Positions 1 through 8,015 of a stretch of 64,000 bases of DNA are shown one piece after another. The first letter of the stretch is position 1. Every line of letters begins with the position of its first letter. The DNA is from Planctomycetota bacterium. Lineage in GTDB: Bacteria; Planctomycetota; Phycisphaerae; SM23-33. The notes under the pieces were generated by a model, which saw only the letters and a program-made list of their open reading frames with translations, made no database searches and had not been told where the DNA came from. A program made the translations under genes and the position numbers. The stretch spans positions 38,732-102,731 of the forward strand of contig DAOVZK010000003.1 of assembly GCA_030635145.1 (NCBI GenBank), given 5' to 3'.

Positions 1-999
1 TTTCAGGATCATTACCTAAACGTGCCGTTCTCGCTGCGAAACGTAATGTTCATCGGCACGGCAAACTACATGGGCGCCATCCCCGCCCCGTTGCGCGACC
101 GCATGGAAATCATCGAGCTGCCGGGTTACACGCAGCAGGAAAAACTGCAAATCGCCAGCCGATACCTTGTCGGCCGACAGATCAAAGAAAACGGCCTGAC
201 CGAAAAGCAAATGCGATGGAACGACCGCGGGCTTGAGAAGATTATCCGCGAGTATACGCGCGAGGCTGGGGTGCGCGAACTCGAACGCGAAATCGGATCT
301 GTCTGCCGCGGAGTCACCGCCATGATCGCCGCCGGTAAAGCCCGCCAGCGAACCGTCTCCCCAAAACTCATCACCGACCTGCTCGGCCCGCGCCGATTCG
401 AAGACGAACTCGCGATGCGAACATCGTGCGCAGGCGTGGCAACCGGCCTTGCATTTACCGCCGCCGGTGGAACGATAATCTTCATCGAGGCCACAATGTA
501 TCCCGGGCGTGGTGGGCTGATGCTCACGGGGCAACTGGGCAATGTGATGAGCGAGTCGGCCCAGGCCGCACTGAGCCTCGTAAAAACGATGGCCGAGAAC
601 GAAGGCATCGATGTCCGCGGGCTAATGAAAAACGATATCCACATCCACGTCCCAGCCGGTGCCATTCCGAAGGACGGCCCGTCGGCGGGGGTTTCGATTT
701 TCACGGCCCTGATGAGTATGCTGATAGAACGCCCGGTGCGTTCGGACGTCGCCATGACCGGCGAAATTACGCTGCGGGGTTTGGTATTACCAATCGGTGG
801 GGTTAAGGAAAAAGTGCTCGCCGCGCAGCAGGCCGGGATCAAAACCGTAATCCTGCCCGCCCAAAACGAAAAAGACCTCGTCGACGTCCCCGCCGAAACG
901 CAGAAAGCCCTGAACTTTGTCTTCGCCAAAACCGTCGACGACGTCCTCACCGCCGCCCTGAAACCGGAGAAGAAACGGCGCCGCAAAAATAGCCACTAG
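1..999 (+). CDS. lon: ATP-dependent Lon protease, C-terminal part (5' truncated by window edge)
   Basis: Frame open from base 1 (FQDHYLNVPFSLRNVMFIGTAN). Lon protease domain motifs HIHVPAGAIPKDGPSAG (catalytic Ser) and AMTGEITLRGLVLPIGGVKEK (catalytic Lys). Confidence 0.97.
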   Translation, partial: FQDHYLNVPFSLRNVMFIGTANYMGAIPAPLRDRMEIIELPGYTQQEKLQIASRYLVGRQIKENGLTEKQMRWNDRGLEKIIREYTREAGVRELEREIGSVCRGVTAMIAAGKARQRTVSPKLITDLLGPRRFEDELAMRTSCAGVATGLAFTAAGGTIIFIEATMYPGRGGLMLTGQLGNVMSESAQAALSLVKTMAENEGIDVRGLMKNDIHIHVPAGAIPKDGPSAGVSIFTALMSMLIERPVRSDVAMTGEITLRGLVLPIGGVKEKVLAAQQAGIKTVILPAQNEKDLVDVPAETQKALNFVFAKTVDDVLTAALKPEKKRRRKNSH

Positions 1000-1015
1000 C
1001 AGCTGAAGCGGGTGC

Positions 1016-1047
1016 CATGCTTCTGCTCGCAGAAGCATGTTTTGTTT
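1016..1047 (+). terminator. Rho-independent terminator after lon
   Basis: Perfect 11-bp inverted repeat CATGCTTCTGC-tc-GCAGAAGCATG followed by TTTTGTTT, 16 nt after the lon stop. Confidence 0.75.
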
Positions 1048-1055
1048 CTCCTCTG

Positions 1056-1142
1056 TGTCATGCTCGGCCACGACCGGGCATCCAGGGGATGTAGGAACGA
1101 TGTGGGAAAACCCCTGGATCCCAAATCGAGTTTGGGATGACA
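1056..1142. repeat. TGTCAT...ATGACA-bounded palindromic element (MITE/REP-like)
   Basis: Terminal TGTCAT/ATGACA, internal TCCAGGGG/CCCCTGGA arms, hairpin ATCCCAAA-tcgag-TTTGGGAT. A related right half (CTGGATCCCCGCCTTCGCGAGGATGACA) lies at 1261-1288. Confidence 0.7.
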
Positions 1143-1151
1143 GCTATGAAT

Positions 1152-1247
1152 TGTCATTGCGAGGAGCATAGCGACGCGGCAACCCTAGCAGGGGCGGCAA
1201 AATAAAGATATGAGAATCGAGATTGCTTCGCTACGCTCGCAATGACA
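1152..1247 (+). repeat. TGTCATTGCGAG...CTCGCAATGACA palindromic repeat, copy 1
   Basis: 12-bp terminal inverted repeats. Its last 43 nt are identical to the copy at 56741-56817; a third, inverted copy is at 35020-35096. Confidence 0.9.
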
Positions 1248-1479
1248 GCGGCAGAAAGAACTGGATCCCCGCCTTCGCGAGGATGACAGAAAAGAAAATT
1301 ACAATAACAGACGATACCAACACCCGTGAAGCCAGGAAAAAGATCACTTGCTATTCTGATGGCGAGCAGGTAACCGTAGCGATTATTTGTAATCCTCGCT
1401 GAGGCCGTAAATCAAAATCGAAACTTGCAAATTCGCAATCGCCAATTGTAAATTGCCACGCTTTTCCTGCAGAAAAACC

Positions 1480-1507
1480 TTGCAAATCGCCGAAATAGCA
1501 ATAGAAT
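1480..1507 (+). promoter_or_regulatory. Putative sigma70 promoter upstream of fusA
   Basis: TTGCAA-16 nt-TAGAAT about 210 nt before the fusA ATG. Confidence 0.4.
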
Positions 1508-1620
1508 ACTCGACCCGCATCGGAGAATCGTCACTATCTGGTGAAATTGGCTTATTCACTCAAAACTCTGCAAACGCAGTAGTTGTGTAGCCGGATCGGC
1601 GACGCCGACTCCTGAACTTG

Positions 1621-1698
1621 ATTGCATAGGAATTTGTATTTGTTGCCCCCGCATTGAGGTAGGGTCGACAGAGTTCGTCCGAAGGACGTTAATTAAAA
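1621..1698 (+). promoter_or_regulatory. Conserved ~78-nt upstream element, copy 1 (before fusA)
   Basis: 69/79 identical (hand alignment) to the reverse complement of 20815-20893 and about 59/78 to that of 49835-49911. Ends 22 nt before the fusA ATG. Confidence 0.85.
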
Positions 1699-1720
1699 GT
1701 ATGAGAAAAGAGCATTAGTA

Positions 1721-3820
1721 ATGAAAAAACGAGGCAAAATCAGAAACATCGGCATCTCCGCCCACATCGACTCGGGTAAAACTACCCTGACCGAGCGGAT
1801 CCTGTACTACGCGGGGCGAATTCACCGCATGCAGGAGGTTCACGGTAACGACGGCGGCGGCGCGACGATGGACTTCATGGAGCTGGAACGCGAACGCGGA
1901 ATTACGATTACGTCGGCGGCAACTCAGGTCGACTGGGACGATAAGCTCATTAACATCATCGACACCCCCGGCCACGTGGACTTTACCGTTGAAGTCGAGC
2001 GTGCCTTGCGCGTGCTCGACGGTGCGATCATGGTGCTGTGCTCCGTCGGTGGTGTGCAAAGCCAATCCATAACCGTCGACCGCCAGATGAAACGCTACCG
2101 CGTCCCGCGAATCGCATTCGTCAACAAGATGGACCGCACCGGAGCAGACCCCGAGCGCGTTGCGATCGACCTTCGCGAAAAGCTCGGGCTAAACGTCGTG
2201 CCGATTCAGCTGAACATGGGCACCGGCGATGATTTCGTCGGCGTGATCGATTTGGTTACGATGAAGGCGATGACGTTTGACGGTGGCAGCGGCGAAGACG
2301 TCGCCATCGCCGAGATTCCCGAGCAGTACGCAGACGCAGCTGCCACCGCACGCGAAGAAATGCTCGAAGCCCTGAGCATGTTCAACGACGAAATGATGGA
2401 ACTGCTGCTGGAAGGCGACGACGTCGAAGAAAAGATGATCCACGAAACAATCTCCGAAGCCACCATCACGCGAGAAATCGTTCCGATGATGATGGGTTCG
2501 GCCTTTAAGAACAAAGGCATTCAGCCGCTGCTCGATGCCATTTGTCAATACCTCCCCAGCCCGCTGGATCGCACGAGTTTTGCCCGCGACCACGACAACG
2601 AAGGGGCAGAAACTCCGCTGGTTTGCGATCCCGACGCGGCGATGGTCTGTATGGTTTTTAAGATCGTCGACGAAACTTTCGGGCAGCTTAGCTACACACG
2701 AATTTACCAGGGCACAATCACCAAGGGTCAGTCCTACATCAATGCCCGCACCAACCGCAAGGTTCGCATCGGCAGAATCGTGCAAATGCACGCCAACGAC
2801 CGCGGCGATATTCCCGAAGCCAAGGCCGGTGACATTGTCGCACTCGTCGGTGTCGATTGTGCCAGCGGTGATACGTTCTGCGACGCAAGCGTAAACTTCT
2901 CGCTCGAAAGTATCTTCGTTGCCGATCCGGTTATCAGCTTGGCCGTCAAGCCCGAAGGCTCGGCCGACCAGGACAAAATGGGCAAGGCCTTAAACCGATT
3001 CATGAAGGAAGACCCAACGTTCCGCGTATCAAGCGATCCGGAAACCGGCGAAACCCTCATCGCCGGAATGGGCGAGCTGCACCTCGACGTTTACATCGAA
3101 CGAATGCGCCGCGAATACAACGCCACCGTCACTGTCGGTGCTCCGAACGTAAGCTATCGCGAAGCCCCGATGGTAGAAGCAGAATTCAACTACCGCCACA
3201 AAAAGCAAACCGGCGGTTCGGGTCAGTTCGCACATATCGTCGGACGAATGCAACCGATGGAAGCCGACGAAGAATCGACCTACGATTTCGTGGACAACAT
3301 CAGCGGCGGACGAATTCCCCGCGAATACATCCCCGCCGTCAACAAAGGCTTCGAGGCCGCGATGAAGGAAGGCCCCCTTGCCGGGTACGAAATCGTCGGC
3401 GTACGCATGCAACTCGACGACGGTTCATATCACCAGGTCGACTCGAGCGAAATGGCGTTCCGCACGGCCGGTAAAGCAGCCTTCCGCGAAGTCTTCACGA
3501 AAACCAAACCCGTACTCCTCGAACCGCTGATGCTCGTGGAAGTCGAAACTCCTCTCGAGTTCCAGGGCCCGGTCGTTGGCGACCTAAACTCGCGTCGCGG
3601 GGTGATTCTCGGTACCGAAAACCGTGAAAACCACGCAATTGTCCGGGCAGAAGTGCCGCTGGCGAACATGTTCGGTTACGCGACGGTAATTCGCAGCCTG
3701 TCAAAAGGCATGGCGACCTTCACGATGGAAATGGCCAAGTACGCCCGCGTCCCGCAGAAGATTTCGGAAGAGATCATCGAACGCCGCCGCAAAATGAAGG
3801 AAGAAAAAACGAAAAAGTAG
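1721..3820 (+). CDS. fusA: Elongation factor G (stand-alone copy, spdEFG1/mitochondrial EFG1-like)
   Basis: RNIGISAHIDSGKTTLTERILYY, RGITITSAAT, DTPGHVDF, NKMD, HKKQTGGSGQF; 699 aa; not in the rpsL-rpsG-fusA-tuf operon. Confidence 0.96.
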   Translation: MKKRGKIRNIGISAHIDSGKTTLTERILYYAGRIHRMQEVHGNDGGGATMDFMELERERGITITSAATQVDWDDKLINIIDTPGHVDFTVEVERALRVLDGAIMVLCSVGGVQSQSITVDRQMKRYRVPRIAFVNKMDRTGADPERVAIDLREKLGLNVVPIQLNMGTGDDFVGVIDLVTMKAMTFDGGSGEDVAIAEIPEQYADAAATAREEMLEALSMFNDEMMELLLEGDDVEEKMIHETISEATITREIVPMMMGSAFKNKGIQPLLDAICQYLPSPLDRTSFARDHDNEGAETPLVCDPDAAMVCMVFKIVDETFGQLSYTRIYQGTITKGQSYINARTNRKVRIGRIVQMHANDRGDIPEAKAGDIVALVGVDCASGDTFCDASVNFSLESIFVADPVISLAVKPEGSADQDKMGKALNRFMKEDPTFRVSSDPETGETLIAGMGELHLDVYIERMRREYNATVTVGAPNVSYREAPMVEAEFNYRHKKQTGGSGQFAHIVGRMQPMEADEESTYDFVDNISGGRIPREYIPAVNKGFEAAMKEGPLAGYEIVGVRMQLDDGSYHQVDSSEMAFRTAGKAAFREVFTKTKPVLLEPLMLVEVETPLEFQGPVVGDLNSRRGVILGTENRENHAIVRAEVPLANMFGYATVIRSLSKGMATFTMEMAKYARVPQKISEEIIERRRKMKEEKTKK

Positions 3821-3861
3821 AGAAGTTTTGCTACGGGCTTTCGTGTAGAATTATTGCACTA

Positions 3862-5958
3862 ATGAAATCGTCCAGCGTGCGCACAATTCGAGCCTGCATC
3901 GTTGCTGCAGTTGCCATTGCCATCTCGGCTGCGAGCAGTAACGCCCTTGCCGCCAAATGGTGGAACACGAAATGGGCGTATCGTGTCGGTGTGGAGCTGG
4001 CGAGCAAACCGCTAAAGGCAACGCTGTCGGGGGACAACGTCGCCGTCGTTGATTTTCGCACGGGCGGGCATATCCAAGACGGCGGCGTCGACATTCGTGT
4101 TACCACGCAGAGCGGCCGAGAGGTTCCGCACCGTATAATGATGACCGGCCCGGGCGACCTCGCAAAAATCGCGTTCGCCACACGTCCCAACATCGCAAAC
4201 TACTACGTCTACTTCGGTAATCCAAAATCAGCACCCGCGAAAAAACCGCTCAAGATTAATCGCGGGGTGATGCTGCAAATGTGGAGGTATCGTGGAGGGT
4301 CTGCCAAGACCTACAAGCAGCTGAAAAAAACGCTCGCACTCGCCAAGGAGCACCCACCGCTGGGTACATGTTTTCGACGCTGGATTTTCAACGGGCATAA
4401 TCCATTCGGGCGACAGTCAGCCCTCGCCGCCGTCTATACCGCCTACTTCATCGCACCGCAAGACGGAAAATATCTATTCGTTACGTCGTCGCATCATGCC
4501 TCGTTTCTGCTGATCGACGATAAGCTCATCGTCAAAAACGGCGGATGGCATGGCCCGCAAAAAGACACGCACATCCGCGGGGTCGTTACGCTCAGGGCCG
4601 GGCTGCACAAGATGAGCTTCGAGCAAATTTCCAAATGGTGGTATCCCGTCGCCGTCGTTGCATGGCGCCCGCCGGGGCAGCGAAAAATTACGCTCATACC
4701 ACCCGCAGCCTTCACAAAAATTGCGAGTGGGGTTTCCGGGGCCATCCAAAAATACCGCCAAGCCAAGAGTGTCGACTTTCAAGTGCTTCGCGGTGGTGAA
4801 ACGTTCGTGGGCAATCGCTATTATCAGCGGCGCGTTTTTCGCGCGATGTCGGCGGGAATTTCGCAGCAGCGAATAGATGCCATGAAGTGGGAGTGGAACT
4901 TTGGTGACGGGCAGACCGCTACCGGCCCAGAGGTACAGCACGTCTATCTCAAACCCGGGTTGTACAGCGTAACGCTGCGGGCGAAAGTTTTGTCACGCAC
5001 GCTTACGCAAAAGCATCAGGTGCAGATCGATCGCAACTGGGATGCGGTAATTTTCAACCGGTTAGATTCGCTGGGGTCGCACGAGAAGATCATTTCGCAA
5101 TACAACTTCATCGCGCTTCCGACAAAGAATCTCACCGAGGCGTTGTTGTTTTTTCAGCGGGTGAAAAATCCTGAAATGATGCTGCGGGTTTGCAAGGCAT
5201 TTTTCAAGCGAGGCTCTGCCGATGACAGCGATCTTAAAATCGTAGTGCCAATCTGCGAAACGCTGCTGGTTCGTGAAAATTCACCAAAACTCGCCGTGCG
5301 GGCGTTAATCAAGGCAGCGGCCATGACCAAAACCCGCGACCTTTCCGCACGATATAGAATTCGCGCAGGGCGGCTGCAAAACGACGAACTGGGTGAGCCC
5401 GTCGACGCGATGAAAATTTACCTCGCGGTGCTGAACAATACAAACGGTGTCAGTAAACCCACGCTGCGATTAGCGCGTATCGCGTTGGGTGATATCTGGC
5501 GGTCAAGGGGCGACTACGCCAAAGCCCATGGCGAATATGAACGTGCCGGTATCGGAGGCGGCTACAAACCAACAGACCGGGCATTTGTGCGTGGGGACTT
5601 GGCGCGGCAGGTGGAGGATTATATTCGCACGCGCGACTTTATCTCGGCCGGCGCGGCCCTGGACAAATGGGCCAACGCGTTTCCGTGCGATAAGCTCGAG
5701 GGATATCTGACATTGCTGCGGGTGAAGTTGTTGCGAGCCCAGCGTCGATATCTCGCAGCTGGTCGCTTGGGGCAAATCGTCGCGAAGGCAAATCCCACCG
5801 GCAGCTACGCGGCTGAACTTTTTATGCTCGCCGCCGACTCGTACTTCAAGGCAAACGAACCTCTAAAAACTCGCGCCATTCTGAAAAAGGTTGTCAAAGA
5901 CTATCCCGAATCACCGCTGCACACCGAAGCCGTCGAAATGCTCAAGCCGGGGCGGTAA
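3862..5958 (+). CDS. Exported multidomain protein: DUF2341-like + PA14-like + PKD + TPR-like C-terminus
   Basis: Signal peptide; WWNTKWAYR and DGGVDIRV (DUF2341-like); YFIAPQDGKYLF...LLIDDKLIV...VTLRAGLHK (PA14-like); WEWNFGDG...HVYLKPGLYSVTL (PKD); helical TPR-like tail ending DYPESP. Confidence 0.7.
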   Translation: MKSSSVRTIRACIVAAVAIAISAASSNALAAKWWNTKWAYRVGVELASKPLKATLSGDNVAVVDFRTGGHIQDGGVDIRVTTQSGREVPHRIMMTGPGDLAKIAFATRPNIANYYVYFGNPKSAPAKKPLKINRGVMLQMWRYRGGSAKTYKQLKKTLALAKEHPPLGTCFRRWIFNGHNPFGRQSALAAVYTAYFIAPQDGKYLFVTSSHHASFLLIDDKLIVKNGGWHGPQKDTHIRGVVTLRAGLHKMSFEQISKWWYPVAVVAWRPPGQRKITLIPPAAFTKIASGVSGAIQKYRQAKSVDFQVLRGGETFVGNRYYQRRVFRAMSAGISQQRIDAMKWEWNFGDGQTATGPEVQHVYLKPGLYSVTLRAKVLSRTLTQKHQVQIDRNWDAVIFNRLDSLGSHEKIISQYNFIALPTKNLTEALLFFQRVKNPEMMLRVCKAFFKRGSADDSDLKIVVPICETLLVRENSPKLAVRALIKAAAMTKTRDLSARYRIRAGRLQNDELGEPVDAMKIYLAVLNNTNGVSKPTLRLARIALGDIWRSRGDYAKAHGEYERAGIGGGYKPTDRAFVRGDLARQVEDYIRTRDFISAGAALDKWANAFPCDKLEGYLTLLRVKLLRAQRRYLAAGRLGQIVAKANPTGSYAAELFMLAADSYFKANEPLKTRAILKKVVKDYPESPLHTEAVEMLKPGR

Positions 5959-6023
5959 CCCCTGGCAGGGGAGGCATATCTACCAACGGCGGCGGCCGAT
6001 TCGCTCAATCCCAAACGAAAAGC

Positions 6024-6052
6024 TTGATTCACCGCCCTTCTGCCAATACCAT
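6024..6052 (+). promoter_or_regulatory. Putative sigma70 promoter of the glycosyltransferase gene (near-leaderless)
   Basis: TTGATT-17 nt-TACCAT, 8 nt before ATG 6061, no Shine-Dalgarno. Confidence 0.45.
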
Positions 6053-6060
6053 GTAGGCCT

Positions 6061-7986
6061 ATGCATTTACCGCAATTTTACACCGAAAATACCGAAAACC
6101 GCGAACCGTCGCGCCAATGGCGAATCGCCGATCTGCTGCTGATCGCCTTCGTGATGGTGCTGCTGATCGGCCTGCGTGCCCGCGGGCCATCAAATACGTA
6201 CAGCTATGCGCAGTTCTGGCAGATTCGCGCGAGCATCGACCACATGAACGGTGGGAGCTACATCCTTCCGAAAATCACCGCAGAGGGTTCCGTCGCCCGC
6301 AAACCGCAGCTGTACGCATGGATGCTGACACCCGTGCTGAAACTCACCGGGGTGTACAACGACTTTACGTTTCGCATTCCGTCGATTGTTTCGGCCTTCG
6401 GTTTGGTGCTGCTGATATACCTGCTGGGTGTGCGATGGTACAATCGGACAGTTGGGTTGATGGCGGCGATTTTCTGGGCAACGGCGATGCACATGAACAA
6501 GCTCATCTACCTGACGACCACGGACATGCTGCTGGCGTTTTGGATCGGGATGTGCGTGTTTACCCTCGACCGCGTTTTGTTCCATCGCCCCTCGCGAGGC
6601 CGATGGGTATGGATGATCGCATTTTGGATTTCGATGATCTTCGCCGGGCTTGCCAAAAGCTGGGGCATCGTGAACCTTGCAATTATCGGCGGATTGGTTG
6701 CGTTTGCGTCTGCGATTTCTCCGGGATTTGCGGTGCTGCGGCGCGTCGACGGTGTTACGAAGTTTACGCTCGCGTTTCGACTGATTATGCGGCGTCTCGG
6801 CAAGGCCATACTCCTCACCGGCGCGTGGTGGGGCATTCCGCTGATGCTGACATTTTTCGTGCTGCTGTTTTGGGCGATGCTCCACATCGGCGGGCCGGAA
6901 TTTCAGGCGACGTTCGAACGTGAAGTCACCAACCGCTTTTTGGGCAAGGGCGTGCATAAACCAAACGGTCTGCGAGTACCGGGGATCATTCAACTATACT
7001 ACAACACCCTACCGATGTCGATTTTCGCCGGCTGTGCGTTTTTCATAATCCCGATTCGCCGCTGGTTAAAGTTTAACTCACCGACGGTGCTGCCGCTGTG
7101 GTGGATCATCGTCGTGCTAATCGCATTCGGTGTTCCCCGCGGGTTCCGCCCCGACTATCTCATGCCGTGCTATCCCGCAATTGCGATTCTTGCAGCGTGG
7201 GTGGTGGACAATATTTTAAAGTCGCAGTTCACCGCGAGGCCGTTGGCAAAACATCTGCGCCGCATCTGCTTCAGCGTACCGTTTGTAATCGGCGTCGGAC
7301 TCATCGTGGCCGGCGGGCTTTACATCGCAGAGGCGATGTTCCCCGAGGTGCTGAGCTTCGTCAAACAACCCGCGAGAATGAGCAGCGAAACATGGTACGT
7401 CATCGGAGCACTGCCGGGATTGGGATTAATCGCGATTTTGCTTTCGAGCATCGCCGTTAAAACTCGCAACATGCAGCGAATCGCGATCATCACATGCTTC
7501 TGCATGGTGGGCGTGATTTTCCTCTACGCCGACTTATGGTCGCGGGCTGCCCGCAGTGGAGACGGCGATACGATGGTCAAATTCTCGCAAGCCATCAAGC
7601 CCCTTGTCGGGAGTGAAAAATTTCTCGTCTGCCGCGCCGACAAGCTTGGCCCTGAAGTCTACATCGGGCGAATGGAACCCAGCATCCACAATTCGCTCCC
7701 GCTGACAACACCGCAGCATCCGAAATGGCTGATCATTTCCGATCGCGGGCTGGTGCATCTCGGTGCCTTTAAGCTCGACGAATATGGCCCGGGCACCACC
7801 TATCAAAAGGGCAAGAAAATTCGCTTTGTTCCATCACCGCAAGACCTGGGAATCGTGCGAATCCGCAGCGACGCCCCGATACAATACGAATACTGGGGCA
7901 GGTTGTACCTTATCGAACTGACCGGGGATATTCACCCGACCAGCAAACCAATCCCCGACGAATATATCGAAGACGAATTCCACTAA
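6061..7986 (+). CDS. ArnT/PMT-family (GT-C) membrane glycosyltransferase
   Basis: Many TM segments; N-terminal loop KPQLYAWM...FTFRIPS; TTTDMLLAF; LAKSWG; RPDYLMPCYPAIAIL. Confidence 0.8.
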   Translation: MHLPQFYTENTENREPSRQWRIADLLLIAFVMVLLIGLRARGPSNTYSYAQFWQIRASIDHMNGGSYILPKITAEGSVARKPQLYAWMLTPVLKLTGVYNDFTFRIPSIVSAFGLVLLIYLLGVRWYNRTVGLMAAIFWATAMHMNKLIYLTTTDMLLAFWIGMCVFTLDRVLFHRPSRGRWVWMIAFWISMIFAGLAKSWGIVNLAIIGGLVAFASAISPGFAVLRRVDGVTKFTLAFRLIMRRLGKAILLTGAWWGIPLMLTFFVLLFWAMLHIGGPEFQATFEREVTNRFLGKGVHKPNGLRVPGIIQLYYNTLPMSIFAGCAFFIIPIRRWLKFNSPTVLPLWWIIVVLIAFGVPRGFRPDYLMPCYPAIAILAAWVVDNILKSQFTARPLAKHLRRICFSVPFVIGVGLIVAGGLYIAEAMFPEVLSFVKQPARMSSETWYVIGALPGLGLIAILLSSIAVKTRNMQRIAIITCFCMVGVIFLYADLWSRAARSGDGDTMVKFSQAIKPLVGSEKFLVCRADKLGPEVYIGRMEPSIHNSLPLTTPQHPKWLIISDRGLVHLGAFKLDEYGPGTTYQKGKKIRFVPSPQDLGIVRIRSDAPIQYEYWGRLYLIELTGDIHPTSKPIPDEYIEDEFH

Positions 7987-8015
7987 AACAATTAACCCCT
8001 GTGGGGAGAACCGTT

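Noticed and set aside
1621-1698. Identification of the 78-nt element as a glutamine (glnA) riboswitch or a sigma54 promoter
   Set aside because: GAAGTAGGG and GAAGGACG resemble glnA pieces, but the P1 topology does not fit; TTGCAT lacks the GG 12 nt upstream required for sigma54.
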